From: a bacterium
Lineage (GTDB): Bacteria > SZUA-182 > DTGQ01
Length of the DNA stretch: 21,581 nucleotides
Direction: 5' to 3'
Assembly (NCBI GenBank): GCA_040752695.1
Contig: JBFMGO010000104.1
Span: forward strand, 1 to 21,581
A program made the position numbers and the translations under genes. Under the pieces are notes generated by a model. It was not told the origin of the DNA. It saw nothing but the letters and a program-made list of their open reading frames with translations, and ran no database searches. Numbering within the stretch: position 1 is the first letter of the stretch; each line of letters opens with the position of its first letter. Below are positions 7,854 through 17,813 of the stretch, in pieces.

Positions 7854-8090
7854 GGTGTTCTTAAGACATAAATATATAAGCCAATATCGCTCCCTTGAGT
7901 ATTCCTTGTCTTGAATGACTGTCTTATTTCTTGATAGGCGTTTCTTACCAGTCGATCATCATTTGTCCTAAGCGACCTGCTCCGAGTTTTAATTTTTACC
8001 AATTCCACATCACTGATTCAGGTAATAGTGAACATACTGTCAAAAAGTTATTACTCAATATCCACTGCTACATTGGGTCTCTTTCTATTG

Positions 8091-8735
8091 TCAACTTTCT
8101 GTTTTATTCCTGCCAGGGTGGATAAGATACTCATTCATAGCGCGCCCTTCAGGCGTTACGTAAGATCGACTAAGGCAAAATCCTAACTTCTGATAAAATT
8201 GATTAACACGATCATTATGGTTTTTATCAGTTGTTAGGCATACGGAACTGATACCTCGGTTAATCAATTCCTGGTTAAAAGCTTCCACTAACTGCCTTCC
8301 AATCCCCTTGCCCTCATATTCGGGTCGCACAGCAATAGACATGAGACAAGCTTCCGCTGATGCTTGCTGTGCTTCTGATGGCTTCCTTAGTGCCCTTAAC
8401 AACCTGGGAGCAATACGAGGGCACCTCAGCAGTGCCTTGAGCGATGCAAAGGCAAACGCCCATTTTTGTCTTTTAATAAGACGCTTATAGAAACCACATT
8501 GATTAGTCACTCCAGCTATAAACCCTTCAATTTGATCGTCTAAAAAGGCGCCTAAAATGATGCCGTCAGGCTCATTACAAATACCTTTATAAAGCAATAA
8601 CAAAAAATCTTTTCCCAGGAAGGTAAGGAAAAAATTCGGAAAGCTTTTGATATGAATATCAACAACTTGTGGTAAATCGTTCAATAAAACCGACTTAATA
8701 GCCTCACTTAATTTTGGATAAGAATATTCACTCAT
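8091..8735 (-). CDS. GNAT-family N-acetyltransferase
   Basis: Acetyl-CoA motif LMSIAVRPEYEGKGIGRQL and N..VNQFYQKLGF. The ATG at 8735 overlaps the upstream TGA (ATGA), so it is preferred over the TTG at 8753. Confidence 0.9.
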   Translation of the reverse strand: MSEYSYPKLSEAIKSVLLNDLPQVVDIHIKSFPNFFLTFLGKDFLLLLYKGICNEPDGIILGAFLDDQIEGFIAGVTNQCGFYKRLIKRQKWAFAFASLKALLRCPRIAPRLLRALRKPSEAQQASAEACLMSIAVRPEYEGKGIGRQLVEAFNQELINRGISSVCLTTDKNHNDRVNQFYQKLGFCLSRSYVTPEGRAMNEYLIHPGRNKTES

Positions 8736-9955
8736 TGGACAGAATGGGCACAATCTCTTACTGAATTTCTAGTTTCTAATTTTATATTTTTGTTTTTCAA
8801 TAGGTTTATATACAAATCCCACGTTTCACGAAACATCCGATCAATCGTATAGCGCTCTACAACACGTTGTCTCGCAGCTCTCGCACACTTTTGAGCAAAC
8901 TCAGGGTCCTGCACAAAGCGATTGATGGCCTGAGCGATATGTTCCGGTGACTTCGGTGGAATTGTTAAACCCGTTACCTGATGTTCAATAAGTTCTGCAT
9001 TGGCTGGAATGGAAGTAGTGACAATCGGCCTGGCGGAAGCCATAGCTTCAAGCAATGAGATGGACAGACCTTCCCATAAGGAAGGATTAACGAAAATATC
9101 GAGCCCTGCTAACAAGGAGGGGATATCCTGACAGAAACCGAGGAAACGGACCTGATCGGTCAGTTTCAAAGACTGAACAAGGGTTGCCAATTTCAGGCGG
9201 TCTGGACCATCGCCAACAAGTACTAGAGTAAATCGCCTGTCCTTTAAAATTGTCTTTAAAACCGCCATAGCACGAATCAATGTTTCGTTGTCTTTTTGCG
9301 CAGATAAACGGCCTGTATTACCGATTATCACATGATCAGTGGATATCTTTAATCTTTTGCATAATGCCTCTCTCTCAACAGCAGTATTACCCGTTTTCAT
9401 GAATGGCTGTGGTTCGATTCCGTTACAAATGGTCACTAATTTGCTTTGAGGGGCAATACGAAGCTTATGTGCCTGACTGTTGACGGCGTGGCTGACACAA
9501 ATCGCCTTTGTGGAGGCTAGAGTGGCTAAATATTCCAAGGGTGTATAAAACAGCCGCTCCCCAAGGGTAGAGTAGTCGTTCACCGTCCACCCTGCCTGAT
9601 GGTTGAGTATCACTGGAACTCCGCTCATACGTGCAGCGATTCTGCCGAGAAAGCCGGGAGTTGCTGTATAGGTATGGACTACATCGTAAGATGCATGGCG
9701 AAAAAGCCTCATTAATTTGATAAAGGCTTTTCCATCTGTCATTGGTTTAATGTCTCGGGGAATATAAATATCTTCGCGTATTCGTACTCCCTTTATCTTT
9801 CGAATTTCACGGATTGTGACAGCATCCGTGCTCAATACTTCAACCTGGCATCTTTGATCTAACAAGTACTTACACCACTGAATGATTAAGTAAGTGGCAC
9901 CACCATATTTCGAATCTCCAACGATTTGTAACGTATTCAATATTGTTTCTTGCAT
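8732..9955 (-). CDS. GT4-family (GT-B) glycosyltransferase
   Basis: YGGA, DVVHT, ICNGI, GRLSAQKD, VGDGP and PSLWEGLSISLLEAMASARPIV (E-X7-E). Confidence 0.95.
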   Translation of the reverse strand: MQETILNTLQIVGDSKYGGATYLIIQWCKYLLDQRCQVEVLSTDAVTIREIRKIKGVRIREDIYIPRDIKPMTDGKAFIKLMRLFRHASYDVVHTYTATPGFLGRIAARMSGVPVILNHQAGWTVNDYSTLGERLFYTPLEYLATLASTKAICVSHAVNSQAHKLRIAPQSKLVTICNGIEPQPFMKTGNTAVEREALCKRLKISTDHVIIGNTGRLSAQKDNETLIRAMAVLKTILKDRRFTLVLVGDGPDRLKLATLVQSLKLTDQVRFLGFCQDIPSLLAGLDIFVNPSLWEGLSISLLEAMASARPIVTTSIPANAELIEHQVTGLTIPPKSPEHIAQAINRFVQDPEFAQKCARAARQRVVERYTIDRMFRETWDLYINLLKNKNIKLETRNSVRDCAHSVQ

Positions 9956-10056
9956 ATTCTTTCGACTTTTATATTGGTAGGATATACTTCAGATTAAGAT
10001 AGTTACATATGTTAGCTGGATACTTCACGATAAGAAAAGGGATAAGAGTACCTAAA

Positions 10057-11268
10057 TTATTTTTCTGAGCCTTTATGCATTTGTTTCAATCTTTGTTCCA
10101 GCAATATCGCGACTTGATTAATATCATGCTTCTGCTCAATATAGCGGCGGCCATTGGCTAGCATCTCAGCTCTCTGCCCAGGATCTCCTTTTGCGATAGA
10201 AACTACACCTCGTGCAAATTCGACCGGATCATCTGCGATCCACAGGTGTTTACCATGTTGGACATCAAGCCCCTGGCAGGCAAGAGCGGTGGCAACTGTC
10301 GGGATCCCAAGCGCTAGCTGGGTTATCACTCTGCCAGAAACGCCGCTAGCAATCACCATCGGTGCAATAGCTACCGATGCTTTTTGTAGCTCCTCCCGAA
10401 CATCTTTTATAAAATCCACCGTTTCTGTACGGGGCGACTTTTTAATATATTGTTCCAAAGGAGAGTTTGGATTAACATTAACAACACGGAATCGTGCCTG
10501 CGGCCAAAGGGACAACACATGCGGATATACCCTGTCGAGGAACCATCTTACTCCGGCGGCGTTTTTATAATAGTCAGCAGGGCCTATGAATACAATCGGT
10601 TCATTGCCATCTCCAGGTAATATGTTAAATGGGTACTGTTTTAGATTAATCGCAAGTGGCACAATGCCAACTTCGCACTCAGGCTGATGACAACGTACAA
10701 GTCCTCGGTCATGTTCCGATAAACAAACTGTCTTTGTTTGCCGTATAGTACGAAATTCATAAGCTTGCATGCGTTTTGATTCAATCCATGCGCCCAGCTT
10801 TATGAACCATGAATGACTGGTTTTAACGAGCAATTGGAGCTTCTGCGCCTCAATATCGTGAAGGTGTAGCAAAACTGGTATACCTAGCCGTTCAATCATC
10901 TTTGCATATTGTGCAACTTGTATATGTGCTAAGAAAGCAACTTCTGGAGGCTCTGAAGAAGAAAGAATCTGTAAAATCTTATCCCTTAGCTGTGGGATGC
11001 CATACTTGGCGATCGCAAAAGGGGCTCTTTTCCGAATAGAACGAAATGTCGTATCAAACGACTTTAATTGGACCAATGAACCAGGAAGATCGTGGATAAT
11101 AATGCGTTTTGATTGCAAGGCTGACAGTCCATTACCACTATTCGTAAAGCAAACAACAAAAACCTTATGTCCTCTTTGTGCTAATGCACTAATCAGCTCA
11201 CAGTGGTATTCTGAAGCTGTGTTTAAGGGAGGATAAAACAACCATGGAACTACATAAAGGATTTGCAT
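10057..11268 (-). CDS. GT4-like glycosyltransferase with an atypical donor-binding motif
   Basis: ILYVVPWLFYPP, VFIG...YYKNAAGVRWFLDRVYP, APMVIASGVSGRVITQLALGIPTVAT and HLWIADDPVEFA. Confidence 0.8.
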   Translation of the reverse strand: MQILYVVPWLFYPPLNTASEYHCELISALAQRGHKVFVVCFTNSGNGLSALQSKRIIIHDLPGSLVQLKSFDTTFRSIRKRAPFAIAKYGIPQLRDKILQILSSSEPPEVAFLAHIQVAQYAKMIERLGIPVLLHLHDIEAQKLQLLVKTSHSWFIKLGAWIESKRMQAYEFRTIRQTKTVCLSEHDRGLVRCHQPECEVGIVPLAINLKQYPFNILPGDGNEPIVFIGPADYYKNAAGVRWFLDRVYPHVLSLWPQARFRVVNVNPNSPLEQYIKKSPRTETVDFIKDVREELQKASVAIAPMVIASGVSGRVITQLALGIPTVATALACQGLDVQHGKHLWIADDPVEFARGVVSIAKGDPGQRAEMLANGRRYIEQKHDINQVAILLEQRLKQMHKGSEK

Positions 11269-11442
11269 TTTAGTAAAATCCCCTTTAACATTCGTTTAGC
11301 TGATTGTTATGAGCGAAATCTTATCTAGAAAGGATGACTTGCGATTTGTTCAAATACTTGCCTGAACTTAGGAGGGCTTGGGGAAGAGAAGATGTTTTTA
11401 CCTGAAAACAATAGTCTTCAGTAGCGTTAACATTATGCTGGC

Positions 11443-12684
11443 TCATTTAACATTACTGATCTTTGTTTTTTTCGGCATAACCTTTTTAGCTATTTTTGTA
11501 AGAACGAACACTCGCCAGCTTAAAGCATGTGTCTCAGGTCCGGAAAATTTAGCCGCAATCATTCTAGTGAAACATATTTCAGCTATATCTTCGTATTGTT
11601 TTAACTGTAAATGCTTGATACCTGCCGCCAGAGAGTTAAATACCCATGCATCACTGCGAATCATGTAATTATTACTTATTGGTTTACCTTCTGGGGTGAG
11701 TACCGGCGTAAACCAGCGGCCGTTCCATGAATACTTAATTATCCAATCGATTATTTCTCTTGCTACACGATGGTACATCTCTTTGCGTTCGGGAATGACC
11801 ATCGCTGCTTCTAGTAACCCAGATGAACAAGAACATAAGCCCCATACATGGATATTGCCCTGAAAGAATTCTGGTGAGTTGGTATAGGGAACAACACCAT
11901 CCCGCTCATGAAGTGCTACGATGTGATCCGCTGCATCACGAATAATCCGTTGTTGGACACTGACGGGGCAAACCTGGTGGGCCAGACTATGCATCTCCAC
12001 CTGCTGCATCTGGTGATAATAATCTATCTTCCTTCGCTTAGTTTCATCTAAGTCGCATCGGGATTGGTCATTATAATACCAGAAACGCCCTGGTAGAGAT
12101 GGATCTGTTGCCATAACCTTATCCATATATGTAACCATACCATGATATATCTGGTAAAGGTCCGGAGTGTTTGCAATACAACCTAAATAACGACCTAAGC
12201 CTCCCACAGCAAATGAGATGCCATTATAAACCATGAGTTCTGATGTAGTATATGGACTATAAGGGATTATCCAGTCCTCTTGCCCCAGAGGACGAGCGAA
12301 GTGTTGAATCCACTTGGTGGCCGCTTCAGCAGCGCTAAGAACCGATTCAATAGGAAAAAGCCGCCCATATTCTGATAATGCTAACAACCCCACAAGTTCA
12401 GGCGATGTGGATTGGCCTTTGCGGTGTCTCAAGCCAAAATTAAAGTCATAACCGATATCAAACCCTCCATCTCGCCTCTGGATATCCTGCAATAAATGAC
12501 AAAGCTGATCGGCCCTATCACGCCAAATTTGTGAAGATGTTGCTTGCCAGAAACGCAGACATCCCAGCAGACATTGGTAAACTGTCTGTGAACAGTGCCT
12601 CACGTAAGGTGAACGTAATATCGTTTGCTTTGCTATATATTTCAGATTCCATCGGATGTTATGATAATCAGTTAAGGCCATCAT
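11443..12684 (-). CDS. Hypothetical protein, probable (alpha/alpha)-barrel (six-hairpin glycosidase / prenyltransferase-cyclase-like fold)
   Basis: 413 aa, soluble, with repeated helix + G-x-aromatic segments: LLQDIQRRDGGF, YMDKVM...GRFWYY, HIVALHERDGVVPY and WIIKYSWNGRWF. The ORF is solid; the fold is inferred. Confidence 0.6.
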   Translation of the reverse strand: MMALTDYHNIRWNLKYIAKQTILRSPYVRHCSQTVYQCLLGCLRFWQATSSQIWRDRADQLCHLLQDIQRRDGGFDIGYDFNFGLRHRKGQSTSPELVGLLALSEYGRLFPIESVLSAAEAATKWIQHFARPLGQEDWIIPYSPYTTSELMVYNGISFAVGGLGRYLGCIANTPDLYQIYHGMVTYMDKVMATDPSLPGRFWYYNDQSRCDLDETKRRKIDYYHQMQQVEMHSLAHQVCPVSVQQRIIRDAADHIVALHERDGVVPYTNSPEFFQGNIHVWGLCSCSSGLLEAAMVIPERKEMYHRVAREIIDWIIKYSWNGRWFTPVLTPEGKPISNNYMIRSDAWVFNSLAAGIKHLQLKQYEDIAEICFTRMIAAKFSGPETHALSWRVFVLTKIAKKVMPKKTKISNVK

Positions 12685-12722
12685 ACCCCCACTCGTGTGA
12701 TGAACTTAAAATGTAAGGTATT

Positions 12723-14156
12723 CTACTGTCTTTGACATGTTGCATTCTGAGGAATCTTTGAGACAATGAATTGATATTTACCATTCGGCCGGCGAGGTAT
12801 ATCGTCGACAAGTTCAATTTCAATCTTGATCTCCTTACCAACATGCTTTCTTATGTTGTGTTCAAGCTCAGGATAATGGATTGAATTATCCCATCTCTCG
12901 GTAGGTATAACCTTAACATGCAATAGCCCTATATCTTCCTGAATATATTGGGCAGACTTAATACTATCATACATAGTCTTCATTGGTTGGTTCATGGAGC
13001 CACACCCAACCCTAAATCCTTCAGGCGTTACGATGATATCATCGTCCCGTCCCGTAAGAGAAAGGAGTTTCTGATGGCTTCGGCCACAATTGCATTTTGG
13101 GCCGAACTCGCTCACTATACCGACGTCACCGACTGCGTATCTAATGAGAGGCATTACAAAATTTTCTAGATGGGTACTGAGCAATCTACCTTCTCGACCT
13201 GTTACAGATAAACCATCATTATCAACAGACTCTACGACGCAGCTTTCTACATTAATGTGAAATCCATCGCCCTTACTGCATTCATTTGCAGTTAAACTAT
13301 CCTCGTTTTGTCCATAGTGATTAAACACTTGACAACGAAACGCTTTTTCTATTGTAGCTCGATATTGAGGAAAGAGGGTATCAGATGAAGTCAATATTGC
13401 TTTAAGGGGAATTGTAATCCCTCTTTCTACTAGTCTCCTTGCTAAAAGATAAACACCCGATGCATAGCCTCGGATATAATCCCCTTTAAATTTGGATATA
13501 TCTTCGATGTACCAGTCCAATACCTTATCACTCATATTGGCTGATGAGATACTGAGACGATTTCTCGTTAATGATAGACATCCCCGGGTATTTTCCGGGG
13601 CATTTACCCACCGTTTTGGTGCGCCACCACAATAAATCATTTTGTCCTCAAATAGCTTGATCCCCGCAAAATCTGACCACCGCCACCAATGGGCATTTCT
13701 AACCCCAAGCATGTGTTTATCAAAAAAGAATCGCATCGGAGTACCAGTAGAACCACCTGTAAGTATGACTTCAAGTTGAGACCGATCGGTTACCGTGTCG
13801 CATATGAAGTCATCTAAACGTGAACGTATTATTTCCTTAGTTAAAATTGGCAACTTCTGCAAATCTTCTATTGTCTTGATATCGCTTGGCTTGAGTTTCC
13901 GCTCTTCGAAAACACTGCGGTAATATCGAGTATGCTCATAAGCATGTCTAATCATTTTGCTCAATTTATCCAACTGTATTTGTTTTAACTGATCCGCTGG
14001 CAACCACTCAGAGGCTAAGAGCTTAGAATGATAATCTTTTTGGGCAGGCGTTGGCTTCGCTATAGGATCATTAGGTAACAACCTTAAACACCACCCTATC
14101 ATGTCCTTAGCAATCTCAGGCGAAGCCCAATATAAATCTTTCATTTTTGTTATCAT
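12723..14156 (-). CDS. CapK / phenylacetate-CoA-ligase-like adenylate-forming enzyme
   Basis: DLQKLPILTKE, P-loop TGGSTGTP, YGQNE, PLIRYAVGD, GRDDD and GKYQFIVS. The start was placed at the ATG at 14156, just after GGAGG (14161-14165), rather than at the TTG at 14234. Confidence 0.9.
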   Translation of the reverse strand: MITKMKDLYWASPEIAKDMIGWCLRLLPNDPIAKPTPAQKDYHSKLLASEWLPADQLKQIQLDKLSKMIRHAYEHTRYYRSVFEERKLKPSDIKTIEDLQKLPILTKEIIRSRLDDFICDTVTDRSQLEVILTGGSTGTPMRFFFDKHMLGVRNAHWWRWSDFAGIKLFEDKMIYCGGAPKRWVNAPENTRGCLSLTRNRLSISSANMSDKVLDWYIEDISKFKGDYIRGYASGVYLLARRLVERGITIPLKAILTSSDTLFPQYRATIEKAFRCQVFNHYGQNEDSLTANECSKGDGFHINVESCVVESVDNDGLSVTGREGRLLSTHLENFVMPLIRYAVGDVGIVSEFGPKCNCGRSHQKLLSLTGRDDDIIVTPEGFRVGCGSMNQPMKTMYDSIKSAQYIQEDIGLLHVKVIPTERWDNSIHYPELEHNIRKHVGKEIKIEIELVDDIPRRPNGKYQFIVSKIPQNATCQRQ

Positions 14157-14364
14157 GACGCCTCCATTCCAATTAGTATATTTACATCTATACGCGAACG
14201 CATCGCCGGTTATTAAATAATTATAGAAAAGCAATCGACTTCAACCCACATTTTACATTTTCCATTTAACTTACTGAAAATGCTCTAATTAATTTTGGTC
14301 AATTTTTCTGTCTTTGATAAATACCTTTAATAAAAACATCTTTACCTTAAGGGTGTTTTCTCAC

Positions 14365-14901
14365 TTACCTATCTTTTTCTACCCAACCAATAATTTTTGC
14401 TGGGACACCACCAACTATAGCCCCATCTGGGACATCTTTTGTGACAACAGCGTTCGCTGCCACCAGGCAACCTTTGCCAATAGACACACCAGACGTAATT
14501 GTAGCATGGGCAGCGATCCATGTTCCTTTCCCAATCCTTATTAGTCCGGATTTACACTTTTTAGCAAACCGAAAACTTCCCCCTTCACAAAGGTGTTCTC
14601 CTGCTACCATTGTTACATAGGGTCCCAGCATAACCTCATCGTCAAAGATTATTCCACCCCCTAATCCATTAAGCCAGCACCCGAAACCAATGTATACATC
14701 CTTGCCGAATTCAATCCGGCACGGTGTCGCCAGCTTTGCATGTATAGATATTTGTAAACCTTGGCCACATCGCTTCAGGAATGGGCGATAAAGAAGTCCT
14801 CGCAACCGGTTCCCCAGATAATAGTCTGGCCACAATCCTGCAAAAATTTCTATGGTATGATAACCGATTTCTTTCAGCGCCTCCACTATTAGATTACCCA
14901 T
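14365..14901 (-). CDS. Hexapeptide-repeat (left-handed beta-helix) O/N-acyltransferase
   Basis: IGKGTWIAAHATITSGVSIGKGCLVAANAVVTKDVPDGAIVGGVPAKII. Confidence 0.93.
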   Translation of the reverse strand: MGNLIVEALKEIGYHTIEIFAGLWPDYYLGNRLRGLLYRPFLKRCGQGLQISIHAKLATPCRIEFGKDVYIGFGCWLNGLGGGIIFDDEVMLGPYVTMVAGEHLCEGGSFRFAKKCKSGLIRIGKGTWIAAHATITSGVSIGKGCLVAANAVVTKDVPDGAIVGGVPAKIIGWVEKDR

Positions 14902-14948
14902 TATCCGAGGCCCTCATACCAACACTTTCTTGATAAAAACCGTACGTT

Positions 14949-16433
14949 TCATCCTATAGGTCTGCTTTCTAAGGTGCGCTGTCTCAACATCTGTAAAATT
15001 TCTTGTGGATATAAACCAACTCCTACAACCAAGCTTATTATCATGACAGACAAAACTGCCAAACGCGACATGAGTGCCAAATCGCTCACCTGACAGATAA
15101 AAAGCAAGGCTATTGTCACTAATATTTGGCTTATCCAATACTCTCGATCCGGTTTTCTCCGACCAGGAAGCCTGAAATATATAATTGAAAACAGGCCGAT
15201 CTGTGCTGATAAGATGCCAGCCCCCTTTGCTAAAATTATCCCAAAGACACCCAGATTCCTGATTAAAAGAAAGCTCAAGACAATTTGTATCCCTATTAAG
15301 GTAATGCTATTGAAAAAAAAGTATTTCGTTTCTTGTTTTGCCAGGATCAGCATCGAATTGATATTTCCCAAAGCACCTATGTTTAAAATCGCACTCAACC
15401 AGATAAGATCCCGATGATGATTGGCAAAGGCAGGGCCAAATATAGCAGTAACTTCACGAGACAGGAATATAAAAATCAGTACTGGTATAGCGGTTACTAA
15501 GATCGATATCTTACACATTTTATGGTAAAGCAGTTGAACTACATCTTCCCGGTCATTAGCCATCAAGTAGCTGAAACTACTAACCATCAATCTACCAATC
15601 TCTTGGGGTAAAAAACGAACGAGTTGTGCCAAAGTTAGCAGTTGGAAATACACTCCCAGCCGGGAAACATCACATGCTCCAGCGATAAAGAGTTGATCGA
15701 CTGTTTCATATGCAAAGGTGAGTATAGTGTTCATATGGATATAGAAACTGTAGCTCCAGAAACCTCTAGGAAGCCATGGCCGTAAGCGTAATGTCAACTC
15801 TTTTCGCGAAATCACTATTCCTATAATAATGCCTAACATATTGGAAAAAAAAACCCCTGAACCAAGAATGGCAAGGGGATGTCTACGCAACAACTGGGGT
15901 GCCACAAAAAAGAAAACCATAGCGAGAGGAGCAATGAATATTAACTGTATCCGTTGGACGATAGCTGAAGCACGATATGCTAACAATCCTGTCAGGATAT
16001 AATTAGCTGCATAGTTCAAAGTTACAACTGGTGTTATCAAAAGTAATAGGTAGGTTAATGGGGTGTCTAATTTTCTATGAAATAATAACTCAAAAAAGTG
16101 AGGATAACGGAAAAGGAAATATATCCATATTATCATCATTGCTAAAATAATATAAAAATAACCCATTACAAAAGAACCTTGCTTTTCAGAATCTTTAATT
16201 TTCGGCAGATAATATGATAAAACTGGCGCACCACCATACAAAACGAAGGTTGTTATGAAACTAATAAAAATAAGTACCAGTGCATAGACACCAAGTACGG
16301 ATCCGTCAGTATCCATACGCCCTAAAAACCAATTGCGGGCAAAGCACAATACAAGTCCAGACGTTGCAATCGAAACAGTCCAGATGCCGCCGCTACGGAT
16401 TTTTTCTCTTATATTGACAGTACTGCTTTTCAT
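14949..16433 (-). CDS. wzx: Wzx-type polysaccharide flippase (MOP superfamily)
   Basis: 494 aa with ~12-14 hydrophobic segments; LGVYAL, VDQLFI...LGVYF and NLGVFG; located within the cluster. Confidence 0.8.
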   Translation of the reverse strand: MKSSTVNIREKIRSGGIWTVSIATSGLVLCFARNWFLGRMDTDGSVLGVYALVLIFISFITTFVLYGGAPVLSYYLPKIKDSEKQGSFVMGYFYIILAMMIIWIYFLFRYPHFFELLFHRKLDTPLTYLLLLITPVVTLNYAANYILTGLLAYRASAIVQRIQLIFIAPLAMVFFFVAPQLLRRHPLAILGSGVFFSNMLGIIIGIVISRKELTLRLRPWLPRGFWSYSFYIHMNTILTFAYETVDQLFIAGACDVSRLGVYFQLLTLAQLVRFLPQEIGRLMVSSFSYLMANDREDVVQLLYHKMCKISILVTAIPVLIFIFLSREVTAIFGPAFANHHRDLIWLSAILNIGALGNINSMLILAKQETKYFFFNSITLIGIQIVLSFLLIRNLGVFGIILAKGAGILSAQIGLFSIIYFRLPGRRKPDREYWISQILVTIALLFICQVSDLALMSRLAVLSVMIISLVVGVGLYPQEILQMLRQRTLESRPIG

Positions 16434-16468
16434 GGAAATATCGGGAATGTCTTCAAATGATTAACTGA

Positions 16469-17773
16469 TCATTGAGGGAAAGTATTTCGCATTCGTTTTT
16501 CATTTCTTTTTCCTATGGTCATAAAATACAAAAGTAAAATCAAAGGATATATACGTCTGGATAACAAATAAGGTGCTGTAATACCGCAAAGCAAAAATAC
16601 GATAGCCATTGTTATAAATGATAACTTAGATTCGACTTCCCTTGTCTTTTCTACACGACGCCATATGCTAATTGTACACCCTAAAAATAAAAACAAACCA
16701 ACAAGTCCATATGACCAATACATATCTATATAAGCACTATCCATGATTAGGGATGAGTTATTGTAATCAACACGGGTGCCCATTCCAAAAAATATTCTTA
16801 CCCACGATGACTGTAAATACGTTAAGGCTTCAGACCATCGGATTAGTCGATTTGCAATACTTTCCTCCTGGAGGCCAATACTAAGAAGACTCCATCTTTT
16901 TAGCAAAAAATTATAATATCCCATTTCTTTAGTTATCCATAAAGCCAAAATGACTGCAAAAGCAGGGATAAAAAGTTTGAAAGGCTGCCTAGACAAAAAA
17001 ACCAAGGCCAGCAAACCGAGGACCAAGGCAAGCTGTGCTGTACGGCCAGAGGTAATAACAAGAAGGGTCATGGCACAAAGAAGCAAGACGGTAATATTCA
17101 ATTTCCGGTTATCTGGTTTGATGAGCCACTTTCCCCCCAGGTAAGCAATTACAACAGCCAAATACGCAGCGAGATAATTAGATTCATTCTCGAAAGGACC
17201 GCTTACCCGTCCCCAAGCACTGAACTTGCTCCATGATATATACTCATTAGTATAATTTTCCATAAGCCATAAATCAAAAGCCTTGCTTCCGAATAGTTGA
17301 CAAGCACAGATCATAATCACTAAAATCAGCCCCCCCAAGAGGCCAATATATACATAATGCCATGCATCAGGCTTTTGGTTCAGATAGTTCGCCAAGAATA
17401 CTACACCAAAATTTATAAGCAAGATAACTAAAGCAGGATTCAAGTCACGGAAAGTATTACCATAAGCTAGATTCAACGATGCTCTAAAGACAAACCAAAA
17501 AGTCAACAGTCCCAACCATCTTAGCGGGCGAGAATCAATTGACCTCTTCATCTTTGTAGCTTTCAAAAATAAATAGGGGGAAAAAAGAATGAAGGCGATC
17601 TCATCAATCTTCAACTTTAAGCCAGCCACTTTGAAAAATGGCGAAGTAGGAATTAATATTACAAAACAAACCAATGCAAATCCCATCACGGGACCCATCC
17701 GAGGGCGGCGCATTTCCCTACAGGGCTTAGACAGGTATATCGATGAGTTTTCGACTAATGAATCCATAACCAC
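16469..17773 (-). CDS. Wzy-like polysaccharide polymerase / O-antigen ligase-family membrane protein
   Basis: 434 aa, multi-TM; GRVSGPFENESNY, TSGRTA, IFFGMG and MDSAYIDMYWSYGLVG; adjacent to wzx. The start could be the GTG at 17773 or the ATG at 17767. Confidence 0.75.
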   Translation of the reverse strand: MVMDSLVENSSIYLSKPCREMRRPRMGPVMGFALVCFVILIPTSPFFKVAGLKLKIDEIAFILFSPYLFLKATKMKRSIDSRPLRWLGLLTFWFVFRASLNLAYGNTFRDLNPALVILLINFGVVFLANYLNQKPDAWHYVYIGLLGGLILVIMICACQLFGSKAFDLWLMENYTNEYISWSKFSAWGRVSGPFENESNYLAAYLAVVIAYLGGKWLIKPDNRKLNITVLLLCAMTLLVITSGRTAQLALVLGLLALVFLSRQPFKLFIPAFAVILALWITKEMGYYNFLLKRWSLLSIGLQEESIANRLIRWSEALTYLQSSWVRIFFGMGTRVDYNNSSLIMDSAYIDMYWSYGLVGLFLFLGCTISIWRRVEKTREVESKLSFITMAIVFLLCGITAPYLLSRRIYPLILLLYFMTIGKRNEKRMRNTFPQ

Positions 17774-17813
17774 CGCAAATAACGTTGATTATAATACAAC
17801 TCTTCCTCTGTAA

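Noticed and set aside
7820..8008. 63-aa N-terminal extension of the aminotransferase in the ORF track
   Set aside because: No family similarity; a better ATG with an RBS lies at 7819.
8038..8094. Two TTGACA hexamers on the minus strand as internal sigma70 promoters
   Set aside because: No convincing -10 box at 16-18 bp spacing for either.
14157..14234. N-terminal extension of the CapK-like ORF
   Set aside because: TTG start in AT-rich intergenic-looking DNA; GGAGG points to the ATG at 14156.
15845..15853. T9 (and T8 at 15313-15320) tracts in wzx as phase-variation sites
   Set aside because: Poly-T runs from Phe codons are expected in AT-rich membrane-protein genes.
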